DNA of 63,862 bases, counting the filler, from Reticulomyxa filosa (lineage: Eukaryota > Protista > Foraminifera): assembly GCA_000512085.1 (NCBI GenBank). It is 25 parts of 25 records of this genome, joined end to end, with 100 filler letters (N's around TTAATTAATTAA, not from the genome) between each part and the next. Parts side by side here need not be neighbours in the genome. Positions count along the whole stretch, not along the records: positions 35,479 to 37,007 come from ASPP01039917.1; positions 37,108 to 39,150 come from ASPP01012901.1; positions 39,251 to 42,469 come from ASPP01003984.1; positions 42,570 to 46,511 come from ASPP01023852.1; positions 46,612 to 49,730 come from ASPP01022078.1; 20 more parts are not named here. One strand, 5' to 3'. Shown here piece by piece: positions 35,479 to 49,049 of this stretch. The translations under genes were made by a program, and so were the position numbers. Positions within the stretch are counted from its first letter, which is position 1, and the number at the start of each line of letters is the position of its first letter. The notes beneath the pieces are model-generated. The model was not told the origin of the DNA. It worked only from the letters and a program-made list of their open reading frames with translations, and did no database searches.

Positions 35479-36495
35479 ATGATGGTTCAACAATTTACAC
35501 GACACATGAAATTAAAAAAAAGATTCAAACAAACCTGCTGTTGATGACCTCGTTGAATAAGCCCAAACTTTCATCCATGGCGTTGACATCTTCATCTTCA
35601 AACAAATTCTGATCATAACAATTCAAACTTGCCACGAATAACACAGCGTTGACGTTGTCAAAACAATGGATCCACTTGCTTCGTTCACTTCTTTGCCCAC
35701 CGACGTCAAATAGATCAAATGTATTCTCTTTAACTTTAAATGTGGATTCTCTGATCCCTTTTTTTTTTTTTTTTTTTCACCCCCCCCACGCACACACAAA
35801 TGTTTTGCATAGTCTTCAGCCAAAATCAAACATACAGTCAATAATAATGGCACCTCCCTCTTTCTCTGTCGAAAGTTACACACCAGTGGTGGGGATTCTG
35901 GCCAAAAGGATGTCCTCTTCAGTTGGTTCATAATCATTTACTCCTATTCTTTCAATATTGTCAAAAAAATAAGGACAGCTGTCAACTATTCCCAAATTCG
36001 TTCGGTTGCAAAACGCTTTTTTGATTGCATCATCTGCCCACAACGTTTTTATGTGCTTTGCTATGTCAGCTATTTAATTATATTTTCCAGTTCGGTCATT
36101 CAATTCATATCATTTTGTCTCCCAAAAAAAAAAAAAAAAAAAGTGACTCAACGTGTAATTTTTTGGTCCCTGTTCAAATCGAGCAGAAAATCTAATGACA
36201 GCTTGGTTTGGCTCGATACCTCGTATTTGAACTCGTCAATACATGCCTCGATAATATTTTTCATTTGATGGATGATTGAATCATGGATATACCGCGCGCC
36301 GTGCAATTTGTCATCTTCGTCCAGCCCTTCTCCGTGGATTTGACACAACTGCTTAAAAAATGTTGATTTGCCAATATTACCAGCTCCTAACAACAACAAT
36401 TTAAAACGTTTCGAAGCTACCACTTTATCTGCTTCTAGCTCTTGTTGGACTTGTTGGTCCAATACCACTTGCTGGCGTTCCAAACATTGACCCAT
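35479..36495 (-). CDS. Heterotrimeric G protein alpha subunit, 3'-truncated
   Basis: MGQC N-terminus, KLLLLGAGNIGKSTFFKQ, DILLARIPTTG and FDVGGQRSERSKWIHCFDNVNAVLFVASL. Several introns. Confidence 0.95.
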
Positions 36496-36957
36496 AATTT
36501 CTTTTTTGTTGTGTTTTGGCTTTATACTCCTTTAAGAAAAACTTTTCACAAACTGCTTTGCTCCTCCTGTTTAGTAAAAAGGAAAAAACCAAAAAGCGGA
36601 ACCATTTTTCTTTCATAGTAATTAAGCATCGCTATCAAATCAATAACTCTGTTTTTTCTGGAAGCTTCTTGTGCATATGCTATAATCACATTTTCAAAAA
36701 AGATTTGTTCTAAATTTTTAACTTTTCGTTTCTGGTTGACAAACTTTTATTGATCGAGCAAAACTTCATGAAATATTTGGTTTTTTTATTCTGCCCTCTG
36801 CAATATATTATTTTTGAAAATGCAAAGTATATTTTTTTTGTTTTCCGGCAAGAACAAACAAGGGCAAGGTTTTCATTTCACAAATAAAGCTATAGAAAGC
36901 AAATAATTGCAATTGCTAGTGTTTCTCAAATACTAGTTCGGCGGAGTGATATTGATT

Positions 36958-37007
36958 ATGAGCGACAATGACGACGATCCGTTAGCTTTGGTGGTAGACA
37001 ATGGAAG
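36958..37007 (+). CDS. Actin or actin-related gene, 5' end
   Basis: MSDNDDDPLALVVDNGS, cut by the contig end. Confidence 0.8.
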
Positions 37008-37868
37008 NNNNNNNNNNNNNNNNNNNNNNNNNNNNNNNNNNNNNNNNNNNNTTAATTAATTAANNNNNNNNNNNNNNNNNNNNNNNNNNNNNNNNNNNNN
37101 NNNNNNNTGAAAGTAAACCATTGTTATATTGAAGACAGATTCAACTTGGATCGTAGTGATAGTTGCAAAAAATTGTGTGCATGTGAAATCGATGGAAAAA
37201 TGCAAAGAAAACACTTGTAACCGTTCTTTCGCTGACTCTTATTGTTGAAGGCAAAAAAAGATTAATTTTGTTATCATAACTAGACTAGTTTGCAAATAAT
37301 CAAATTGCTTTACTTGCATTTACATTCTTTTTCAAAGATTCATTGTGTATACTTTAGAAAAATTTCAAACAAATCCAATGTTTTGGGAATTGACTTTTTT
37401 AAGAATTTGCCAAAGGAAAAGTTGAACACAAAATGAACAAAAACAAACAAAAAAAGGAGAAGGAAAAAAATCAGTGCTTCTGATAAATAAATTTCTGTGA
37501 AGCCCTCACCCAACAAGCATTTTTTTTTCCCTCATTTTTATCCAAACAAATAACCAGCAAAACCAAAAGAAAATAATTTTGTATAAAATGTCAAGCGATT
37601 TAATTTTGTTCATCACCTTTTTCCCTCCCCCCCTCTCCTTTGCCCCCTTCTCCCTTTCTCCTCCGCTGTCCCTTCCCTTGCGTTCCCCGAACATAAGCAC
37701 CAAACATTAAAAATCAAATTGAAAAAGGTCATTTAAAAATTACTTGCCTCCATTTGCCACATCTTCGTCAAACTTTTGCTGTGTCTTTCAAAAGATGTGA
37801 GGAAAATCATTGTTTTTTTTTTTTGTTTTGTTTTGATTTTTTTTAAAAAAAGATGATTTGTGGCAGTT

Positions 37869-39050
37869 TCAATCTTTGTTGGTTTGGTGATCGTCACAGG
37901 ATGTGTGATTGTTGTTTTCCTTACAACCACAAGAGTCACAACACCCAAGAGAATTGAAACTGTGAATGCAAAGTTTGGAATTGTTTGACGTGGCAGTGAG
38001 GCGCAGACTGGCCGAAGTTGCAGATAAAAGTATCTCTTCTTTGGACTCATCCTCTCTTTCAACATTCTTGGCATCAGAAGTAATAGCATTGATGTTATTA
38101 TGATTGACATTTCCATTTTCTAAAACAGTGTGTTGATCAACAACAAGATGGCCATTATCAAGACTGGTATTGCCATTGTTATTATTTGTGACGTTTTGAA
38201 TATCGGAACTCTGTCGACATTGCAATTGGGAAGAAACAGAGGATGAAGCCATGCATTCGTTATGAAACACTTGATCAATGGAAGGAAAGAGCTGTGGCAA
38301 TAGTGAAACTATGATTAACGATGCGTCATCAAAGCAAGCCTCTCCAAAGCATGACTTGGCCCGCGAAATTGTGTGTCTTAAGATCACACTCACCACTTTT
38401 TTGGTGTCCAGTTTCATTTTCGTTACCGTATCGTTCACATAACTGGCGAAGATTTCCCATTTCCAACAATCCCAAACTCCGTCGGAACCAACAGTTATAA
38501 CATCTGTACCCCAAACCAACCCCAACTTTTCCATCCAATTAAAAAAAATATATATATACATATGTGTTTACATATATATAAATGTATATTAATATATGTA
38601 TGTACATATACTTAAACAAATAAATCAACAAATAAGTAAATTTATTTATTTATTTATAACATTCGTGATTGCCATCCAACTCACGGAACGTCAAGTCCGG
38701 CTCGTGCGACAGACCAAATTGAACGGCATAAAAATCCCCCAAAGATCTTGTCATAGCGATGCAAGTGGCATCTTGCGAGACGCCTTGAGGCGATACCGCG
38801 TACACCGCCGGCTCGTATCGCACATTGGTTGGACGAAGGTTGTTTTCAAACGAGCGAGCTGCATATTTCGGGTTTTTCATTCCATCGGTTAAAAACACCA
38901 GCGGACACTCATACTTACGACATGAATTTGATTGGTCGTACACAAATAACAGCTTCTGTGGATACTCATTTGTTGGCAAATCCCTAATGCGCGAGTATTC
39001 CACCAAGCTATCGGGGCTGTGATCCTTTGTTTCCCCATTTCATTTCGTTT
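37869..39050 (-). CDS. PP2C/PPM-type phosphatase, 5'-truncated
   Basis: AMTRSLGDF, SHEPD, VGSDGVWD and DDASLIIV, followed by an Asn/Ser-rich tail. Confidence 0.85.
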
Positions 39051-39250
39051 GTGTTGTCACACAAACACCCGTGGCAATTTGCAACAAAATAAGTAAATAA
39101 ATACATACATACATAATATACATATAAATATGTATGTATATATGTATGTANNNNNNNNNNNNNNNNNNNNNNNNNNNNNNNNNNNNNNNNNNNNTTAATT
39201 AATTAANNNNNNNNNNNNNNNNNNNNNNNNNNNNNNNNNNNNNNNNNNNN

Positions 39251-40350
39251 GCCGACGACGACGACGACAAGGGCAAAGAGGACGAAAACGAAAATGAAAA
39301 TGAAAACGAAAACGAAAATGAAAACGAAAACGCCGAGGAAGAGGCCGACGACGGTGAGGCCGAGGAAGACGAAGAAGTGGAAGAAGAGGAAGATGTCGAG
39401 GGAGTGGAAGATGTTGAAGCGGACGAAGAGGATGAAGAAGTCGACGAAGAGGACGAAAATGAAGAAGGGGAAGAGGAAGATTTGATCGACGGTGAAAAAG
39501 AATATCATCGCCACGAAGTTTTGACCGAAAGCGACAAAGATTTCTTGACTGAGTATGAAAAACTCATGACTGGATTGGGTGGCACGGAAACACCTCGAAC
39601 CAAAGTCAAAAAGTCGACCAATTTCAAATATGCGTCCATGATGGCGGAGGAATTGGGATTGCAACAGCCTTCGATCAAAGGAAATACTGATACTGAAATC
39701 AAAGATACGCTTCAATTTAACTTGGTCACGAAAAAAGGTGTCGCTAATTCAAAAAGTAAAATCGGTACCATTACCATCCCCAAAAATGCAAAGTTCATCA
39801 AACAAAGACAAACCACCGCGCAGTTACAAAAGAAGGAAAAAGATACCATCAAAGATATCACCATTGAAAAATTAAGACAGTGCGAAGGAACCAGTTCTAC
39901 TGAAGAAGCGTATTCAGGAGAGGATGAAGATGGCAATGAATACATGTTAAATTTGTTTTTGTTATTGTAATATTAAACATAACAAAACAAAGTAAAGTAG
40001 GCTATCACACATATGTATATTTATAATAACAAAAAAACAAAGGGCCGAAGTGGAAATGAGAGAAAAAGAGATGAACACGAGAAGTTAAATTGAAGACATG
40101 TGTCTTTTTAAATTTATTTGCTTTGTTTTTTGTTGTATATTTCACATTTGAGTATTATGTGCGTGTGAACAAACAACAAACGATAAACGACAATTATCAA
40201 TGGCAACTATTAGATACAATGGCAACTCCCACTCGATTTAACAAACCCAAGAAATTCAAACAAAGAGATCGTGACAAAGACAAGGAAAAAGTCAAGAAAT
40301 TTGACCGACCAAACAAAGTCGCGCAATCTTTGACTAACAATAATATGTGA
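39251..40350 (+). CDS. UPF2: Probable UPF2 (nonsense-mediated decay factor) C-terminal region
   Basis: A long acidic tract, then DKDFLTEYEKLM, FNLVTKKG...ITIPKNA and EKDTIKDITI, matching the order of the Upf2 UPF1-binding region. The 3' exons are approximate. Confidence 0.6.
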
Positions 40351-41060
40351 ACGCGCACTTGATCGGCTCTTTGATGCAATACAATTCCGATCTCTACCGC
40401 AGGAAAAAAATAAAGGGAATAAAAGAAAGGGAGAGAAGAAAAAAATCAATTCAATCAGGATATCTTGTCGTTGCAGATGATTACTGCAAGATGATTCAAA
40501 TGACACATTTTTGTGCAAGACATATTATGACAAATCGAAACAAGTGAATTGAAAAATTGTTCTGCCCAAGATGGATTTGATGGATTTGAGAAACATCATT
40601 CAATTTTTTTTTTTTTTCCAAATAATGAAGCAACACATAATGGTCAATATTTGGACAGTGCATTTCTTATTTTTTATTTTTTACACAACGGTTCATTGTT
40701 GGGCAAACTATGGCGTTCATAGTGACATCATGCATTTTTGCAATATTTCTTACCTTTATTTTAAAACTTTCAACAAACAAGCAGCTGCAGATAGACAAAA
40801 GATTATAATGTTTCATTTTTTGCGAAGGAAAATTTATTTTTCCCTTGATCAAAATTGTGAGTTACAATGGTTTAAAAGCTGTTATACTTTTAAAAATAAA
40901 TGTGTTCAATCAGAATTTTTTTTTGCATGAAAATATTCCGATATTAATGCTGGACTTGCAATTTTAAAAAACGTTTGTGAAAATATTTATCTTATTCTTT
41001 GTTACATTCGACTCCCCTTCTTAACTCATTGAAAAACTATTTTTGAAAGATTTCATACAA

Positions 41061-42450
41061 TCACTTTGAAGATCCAGTATGTTGAGTTTTCGTAGGAATA
41101 TTTTGTTCGATCCAGCCAGCAATGAAATGCTTTGCATTAGTTGAATTCATAGAAGGAAAACTCAAGTGCTGTTGAGATAAAGCATTAAAAACCTGGCTCA
41201 TGAATTTCTGATTCTTTATCTCGGCGAAAATTGGAAAATCACGTTGAAGTTCTGTGCCATTGTATAACTTCTTCCACTTCCAACAGTCATTAAGAGAAGA
41301 TTTCGAAATCCATTTTTGCAATTCTTTAATTGTATCGGTGTTCTCGTTTTTTTCTCTCAGCACACTTTCGGCCAACATGATACCATACTTCCACTCTTCC
41401 TTGCCAATGAGCAAAGCATTTCCAACCAAAGCATTGTGTTTGGGTGACCCAAATTCGATTTGCTTTTGGTTTTCCTCTTTACAGCAAAGGCTTTGCAGAA
41501 ATAAATCTGCTATTTGATGAAACATTATAACTTTCAATGCTAAGTTTTTTCCGAGCTATATGAGTTTACGAAGAAAACAAATTCAATATGCATTTTCTTT
41601 TTTTCCCCCAACCGTTTTGAGATTTGAAAAAGTTATAAGCATATACAAAGGAAGAAGAGGAGGAAAAAAAGTGAGTTAAGTATACGTATGTGTATTTATG
41701 CAAAACTCCGGAAATAGACCCCAAACAAAAGTAATTGACAATTTCTTGTTTTTTCTTTCTGAAACGAGATTTGACATTTCGAAATGGAAATAAAAACGAT
41801 GCAAATAGCAATTCATGTTTGATTTGCTGAATGGAAGGAGTTTCAGAGAGTTCAGATTTTTTTTCCTCTTTGTGATCATTGTTAATTAGCCTGCCCCACC
41901 ACAAACAGCATATAATATATTACAGCGTTATAATTGTAACGGACAACAGCGACAAAAAAAAAAAATGCAATAATAAATGCATGCACAAATAAATAAACAT
42001 ACGCTTCCATTTCTACGCAAATTCGTACTCCAGTCTTCAAAGCCGAGGCAAAGTTAAATCCATCCGGTACTGTCAAACAAACAAGCGTAAGTTTTTTTAA
42101 GTGATGTTGTTATTGTAAAGTGAGCAAAGTTGCAAACTGATGGCGTTATGTGGCAACTCAAACAAAATGTCAGCCAATCCCAACTGGACGATGATATCCA
42201 ATGCCACTGATACGTAGTGTCCTTTCAATATTTTGTCAAACTCGATCGCGTAACGATTGCGACTTACTTTTGTCCTCAGTATCGCCTATTCACAACACAA
42301 GACATGCCCAAAAAAAAAAAAAAAATTGCGAGGACCAAACACCTTTTTTTTTTTTTGTTTGCATACATGAATTTGGGGATCCTGCATTACTTCGATTATC
42401 TGAGTGTCCAATTTGAAACCCAATTTCGTGATTGCGTGGCGAATATTTCG
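41061..42450 (-). CDS. CCA tRNA nucleotidyltransferase, C-terminal part, multi-exon
   Basis: KLGFKLDTQIIEVMQDPQIH, LRTKVSRNRYAIEFDKILKG...ALDII..LGL and WKWKKLYNGTEL (compare KISRERVG.E..KIL and W.LKPL.NG). Confidence 0.65.
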
Positions 42451-43726
42451 AAACACCTTTTTTTTTTTTNNNNNNNNNNNNNNNNNNNNNNNNNNNNNNN
42501 NNNNNNNNNNNNNTTAATTAATTAANNNNNNNNNNNNNNNNNNNNNNNNNNNNNNNNNNNNNNNNNNNNCACATTACGTCTTAATGAAGAGAAAAAGGGT
42601 TTCTTTTTTTTTTTGTCGTCTGTCCACTTCGCTAAATAAAAAAAAAATGGTTTTTATCTTTGGATGCTGTGCATCCTTCAACAAAAGAAAAAAAAAAAGT
42701 GAATAATGGGGTAAGACCCCCCGTCTCCGCAAGGAGTAAACACGGTTTGTTATACAACATATATATATATTTTGACATAATCGATTGTCTGTGTTTTCAA
42801 TAATAGCAGCCCGCCCAGCAAAAAAAAAATATATATATACGTTCTCCTACCCTCCAAAGACAAATTTTGGGGTTGAAGCCACCCCGCGTTGAAAAAAAAA
42901 TAAAAGGGTTTGAATTTATTTTTTTGATTTTTTATATTTTATTATAAAATAATTGTTTGATTTGTTAATAGGCATGCCCCCATCAAAAAAAAAATTTTTG
43001 ACCCACCCACTTCACATCGCCAAAAGAAAAATAAATAGAATATTGGAATTGGAGCTCATCTCCAAGAATCAAAGTTTTTTTTAATTTTTTTTTCTTCAAA
43101 AAAATGAAAAATTATTTGATTTTGTTATGTTCATAGGTTGCAAGTCGTCGATGAAAAATTGGAAGTTTTTGTTTTTTTGTTTTTTTATTTTCATTTTTTA
43201 TTTTTTATTTTTATTGAGAGGGATAGGGAAAAGGAAAGGGAAAATTTAGGGAAAAGGAAAGGGAAAATTTAGGGAAATTGAAGGGAAAATGGAAAAAATA
43301 AAGAGAAAATTGGGAAAATTTTAAGAAAAATTGGGTAAATTTTAATTAAGAAATGAAAAATTTTGATTAAGAAAATATGGGAAAATTATAATTAATAAAA
43401 TTAGTGAAATTTTAATTAAGAAAAAGGAAAAAAATTATATTTTAGAAAATGAAAAAAATTAAAAAGAAAAAAAATTATAACAATTGTAAAAAAAAAGAAA
43501 AAAAAGAGAATAATTGGAAAAAAAGAAAAAAAAGGGGGAAAGTGAAAAAAAAGACGGGAAAATATCCCGCAAAAGCGCTAGGATGAGCGCTAATTTTATT
43601 ACCGCCACGACCAAAAAGATGTTGTCAAAGTGGCGAAAGTTGGCACGCAAGAAAGAAGAAGATAAAAGCGATTGGTGGTTCAAGTAGTGATAGTACCAAA
43701 GATAGTGAAACTGCGATTTACTGGAG

Positions 43727-46102
43727 CAAATCACGACGTTTGAAGAATCTCTATTTGCGAGTGGCCAAATTTGGTTAAGGAATTATCGAAACGACTGGCA
43801 AAAAGGAAGATGAAAACGCGAAGAAAGTGAAGCAAAAGAGTACGATGGCATAGCACGTTGGTTTTTGTTTTTAAAAAAAGTTTCTAGGCTTTGCTACATT
43901 TGATTATGGAATGGCTCTTTATGAACACGGGCTGCGATTTTGCGCATTGTCAGATATGAACGAGCTTCCAATAACGCGCCCTAATGAAACTGCTGGACGA
44001 ACGTGGCAATATCAAGGCAGTGACAACCTAAATCATTGGAAAGATTTGTTCGCCATTAACGTATGGTAGACAAGTCTCAGCGGATGACTACTTTCAACAA
44101 AAACAGTATGGGAGTTCAAATGGAATTCAGTCTGGCACAGCATCAAAGAGGGAATGAAATTGCGATTTATCAGAGCCAAGTATAACAAGTCTTGTGAAAT
44201 GAACAACAATTGTTCCTTTAAGACATTTTGGTTATTTGCGATATCACATTCATTTGTACTTTACTCAATGAACACTCCACACAAATCCTACAATTTAGAT
44301 GTGTGCTCATACCTACTCAGAGCGCCAGCTCTTTTTTTATTAAAATAAATAAAATGACAATAATGTATACGTGTGTATATGTGTATGTAGAGACAGATGC
44401 GAACAATCAAGCGAAAACTGTGGTTAGTGGCGGTAATAGAATTTTGTGGTATGTACCTAATATCTTGCGTAATGGGAAGATCGTGGCCCTTGCAAGCGAT
44501 TTCTCTTAGTTCGTACGCAATGGAGGTGATTAGAAGTGGATTTTTACTGATAATGTTGTTGAACGTTCGCTATCACGTTCCAAAAACAACCACGACGACA
44601 GGCACGGCCAAGACGCAAATATTCTTCACGGGCCCAACAGTGGAAACAGTGGATTGATGCAAAAGTCAATCTGATTACCTTCGCTGGACTGTCTCCGAGA
44701 TCAGCTATGGGCTGACGGACGACTTGTTAGATACTTGTATTTGTTGCATTATCCAGCATTTGCTGAACGACTAATGCATCCAAGACTGAAGAAGAAGATA
44801 ATAATGGTACAATCAGTGAATCGCAAATCCAAACGTCGAATATGGTCGTTATTGGAAATGCTCTCATTACAAGGGCGACGAGAGTGGATGGCTTTGGTGA
44901 CATTGTTGGAATAATTGGACAAGCTCAATCAAATTAATCCAGGACAAACTGGATCTTGGTGCCGCATGACCACAAAATCAAGCTTGCCAAGATAAAAAAA
45001 AACGAATGTTTGATGATCTTGCAAAGTGGCAGTGATAGGACAGACCGAAGAAAGAGAAAACAATGAATAAGATAACGAGAACGTTTTAGAAAAAATTAAT
45101 ACTAGTGGGCGAACAAATCACGACGTTCGAATAGTCGCTATGTGCGAGTTGCCAAATTTGACTGAGGAATTGCACGAAACGAAGCCAAGATTACTGACAA
45201 AAAGGATAGTAGGAAGCAAAGAAAGGATATTCCAAGAGTCCGGGGGTTATACTACGTTGGACTTGTTTTTATTTTTATTTTTTTAAAGTTTGTTTGATTA
45301 CGGAATTTCTCGTTATAAACACAAGTGGCGATTTTGCGCGTTGTCAGATATGGACGAACTTCCATAGCGCACCCCAATGGAACTGCTGGACGAGTGTGGC
45401 AATATCAAGGCAGTTTCACCTGAATCATTGAAAAGACTTGTCTATGCACACGTTGATGGTGAACAAATCTCTGCGGATGATTATCATTCAACAAAAACAG
45501 TATGTACACTTCAAATGGAATTCATTCTGTCACTGCAACTCTACATGGAATGACACAACATCAAAGAGATAGTGGAATTACAATTTATCGGGGCCAAGTA
45601 TAACAAGTATTGTGAAATAGCCAACAAAAAAAAAAAATAGGATACAAACATCAATGGCTCCTGTACGACATTTTGTTTATTTGCGATGTCGCATTCATTT
45701 GTGCATCATGCAATGAACACTGCACACAAATCCAAAATTTACACGTATGTTTATACTTACTCACATTGCAAGATCTTTTTTTTTTTAAAAAAAAAAACAA
45801 TAAATGATACGTGTGTATGTGTATATAGAGACAGATGTGGATAATAAAGCGAAAACTGTGGTTGGTAGCGGTAATAGCATTGTGCGAGCCGTTTGTGGTA
45901 TGTACATGATATCTTGCGTAACGGGAAAAACGCAGCCTCATTTCTCTGATTTCGTATGCAATGGTAGTGCTCGTAAGTATTGACAATGTTGTTGGGCGTT
46001 CGCTATCACGTTTCAATAACAGAGACAATAACAACCACAACGACAGGCACATGCAAGACGCAGACCTCTTCCATGGGCTCAAACAGTGAAAACATTGGAA
46101 AT
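43727..46102 (+). pseudogene. Decayed gene of tandem discoidin/F5-8-like domains, present as two diverged direct copies (43727-44655 and 45114-46102)
   Basis: Shared blocks such as CAAATCACGACGTT, GCGATTTTGCGC.TTGTCAGATATG and AACTGCTGGACGA. Peptides RTWQYQGSDNLNHWKDL, ILRNGKIVA and QIFFTGP. Confidence 0.55.
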
Positions 46103-47967
46103 AGTGTCGGTGGTGCGTCATCCAATTCCAACGGCGCCGAAAGAAAGATCTAATAAAATAGCAAAATCAGCATCGAGACACAAAGAAATTGTATTGGAAA
46201 TATTAGCAGGCAGCAAGACGACCGCCGATAACAAGAAAAACTTGCGTTGTGGAAATTGGTACTGTTTATAGATTGCTCACTTTTACTGGATTGTCTACGG
46301 AATCGGCGACCTGTATTTCGTTGTTCTTCAAGTGTTGGATAATGCGGCGGATACAAACATTGAGTAGCATCCATCAAGTCGTCCGTCAGCCCATAGTCAC
46401 TTTGTACACATTTGAGTTGGGTTCGAATCGACGTGAGCTTTGAATTGTAATGCAGTTGAATCATGGCACACAAGAAACAAGAAATGCGAAGCCAATGCAA
46501 AAAAAAAAAAANNNNNNNNNNNNNNNNNNNNNNNNNNNNNNNNNNNNNNNNNNNNTTAATTAATTAANNNNNNNNNNNNNNNNNNNNNNNNNNNNNNNNN
46601 NNNNNNNNNNNCTTTCGCAGGCGGCAAATGCCATTGCGTTGGAACTGGATCGTGACCTGTTGTTCAATGCCACCACTTTGACTCGTTCAAAGACACCATT
46701 GCCTGGCGCATTTTGGTGCTTCGAGAGTGTCATTACACCGACCCAAATTGCAGTTCGAAATGATCCTGTCTCACTTTGAGGAAATGCTCACGTCCTTAGA
46801 ACGCTACTACGACTTGGCCAAGCAAGACGGTGAAATCATTGCCACTCGAAACTATTGACGACGACCTCTTTGTACCTACTTAGGTCGACGCTTGCTACGG
46901 CCTCGCACGCTTCGTACTTGCCAACAATTATATCACCACTCAGCTTGTCACCTTGACTATTCTTCTCACCGGTACTAAATGACCAAGTCGGTAGGCTGGT
47001 TGTCTAGCCATCATTCACTGTCACCGACAGACCTAGCTCCAATGCCAATGCCAAAGCTGCGCCTTAAAGATCACCAAAAACTTTCGAAGCTTCATCGCGC
47101 TCGAATGCGTCCAAATCAAAGTGTAGGTTCCAGTGTTCGACAACCCATACGACATGCCTCTTGTCATTGCTAGCAAATATATCTACCAAAAATACCATTC
47201 GCATTCAAACTCCGGATGGTGAACAAAAACCAAAACTATAAGTAATGGCGAAATGCATGTAGATATATGATCCGACAATTGTTAGGAGTATAACTTCATC
47301 TTGATAATAAACCAATATCAGAATGGTGGTTAGACAGCGACTTGCAGCGAAGGGCGCATGCACAGAGAACCGTGATTAGTGAAATTGGGAAGAAACGTGC
47401 GAATCAGAAGTATCAAAATTCACTGTGCGAAGATGCGTATTGTGAATGAATCGGACCTGAAGGTATTGAGACTTACATTGATCGTGTGTTGTGCAAGCCA
47501 GAAGAAGATCTAATATGACGTTTGTATATTCCGATGAAATTGAACGAAGATGGCCATGTTGTGTTATTTGCTCGACACGACACAGCCCGAATTTTTGGAC
47601 GTCTTTGTCATTCAATTGCCAAATTTGGAAGATACCCTTCCATTGGAGGCTCATCTTTGCCGCTAAAGTGTTTGGCATCAAGTTGGGATTATCCAAATTG
47701 ACGAAGAATGAACAAAACATGTTTCAATCTATCTATTTGTATACAAACATTTAAACTGTTGATGAATTCATGTGTAATTTCATTAATTCGCTATTGCCAG
47801 CCAGATTGATGATTCACAATTTTTAAAAAATTATAAACTCATCCCTATTTATAATAAAAAAAGTGATTGTTGTCACCCAACCATAAAATCTCACATTTTC
47901 CCTCAACAAATAAACAAATAAATACATATATAGCAAATATTGTCGGAACTCGTCGGGCGCAGCAAGA

Positions 47968-48942
47968 CTAAACTCGACACATAACTCCGACAGTTCGGAG
48001 CACTGTCGTGGCCATTAGTTCTGTTATGCCTGCAATACTGATGATGAATCCAACCAAAGACAAGATGACGCTGATGATGGGGATGTCAGTAGTGATTATT
48101 GTCGGGGCAGGGGATGTCAGTATGGTCTGTGTGGTGGCATTGATCAGAGATTCTGGGAAAGGCGACAGCGGGACATTCACACGGATGGCTATGCTTACTG
48201 ATTAGTTTTTATATCTCATTTCCTTTGTCCGATAAATCATCAAAATCCAGGCATTCCATTCGCGATTGATCATAGTGGTGATTGGTAACAAATATGGACG
48301 CACGTGAAAGCGCAAAATTTGAATGAACGGACTCAGTAATTCCAACACGTCGCAATGGATTCGTGTTGTTTGCGTTGGACGTTGTCGTAGTCATGTGCGT
48401 GCCGTCCAATAGCTTGACAATATTCAATATCGGCGGACTCACAAATGGTAAATAATTGAGTGACTTGGTTTCCATTAGCTGGAAGATGTGCAGTATTATC
48501 AACAGACAGTCGTTGTCCAGATGCGAGCTCTGCGACTGCTGGTGTTGTGGTTGCTTTGATCTTTGCTTAACACTGACAGCAACGGTTGAATCACAATGTA
48601 CGCTTAGAAGCGTCTTCATTACAACTAAAGTTCAGCATTATGTTTTCGCTGAAGAAATTGAGTTCTATTTCTTCGTACTTGCTTTCGTGTTGGATTTCTT
48701 GTTCTAATTTCTCACACAACACTTCAATATGTGTTTACATTTAAATAAACAAATAAATAAATATTATATGTATATATTATATTTATTTCGATTTTACCAA
48801 ACTCCAATTCAGACTGCTCGTTATCAATATCAATAGTATTCTCTTCAATCTTTCGACTATCATTTTCGATCTTTTCCTTGTCATCACTGGCAGTGGTAAT
48901 TGTCTTGATAGACTTGCTTCGACACTGCAATAACTTGGACAT
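47968..48942 (-). CDS. Hypothetical low-complexity protein or its remnant
   Basis: Consecutive minus-strand ORFs separated by intron-like DNA. No recognised motif. Confidence 0.3.
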
Positions 48943-49049
48943 AGACTACTCTTTTTTGATCGATATTGTGTTTTTTAAATTTTTGCTTATGAATTAGCGC
49001 ACAACTTCTGAACATTACGAAGAGATTTTATCAAATATGCTCTTTACAA

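Noticed and set aside
36496-36957. Divergent G-alpha/actin pair as a functional module
   Set aside because: The adjacency is real, but short divergent spacing is common in this compact genome and the two genes share no feature.
8388-37007. A G-protein signalling cluster (TM-RGS plus G-alpha), or any cluster spanning linkers
   Set aside because: The genes are on different contigs, so there is no evidence of linkage.
42570-43560. Purine-rich GGGAAAA repeats as telomere or G-quadruplex elements
   Set aside because: The sequence is irregular and low-complexity, and may be low quality. It has no fixed unit.
46415-46440. tRNA suggested by GGTTCGAATC
   Set aside because: No T-stem, acceptor stem or A-box can be formed.
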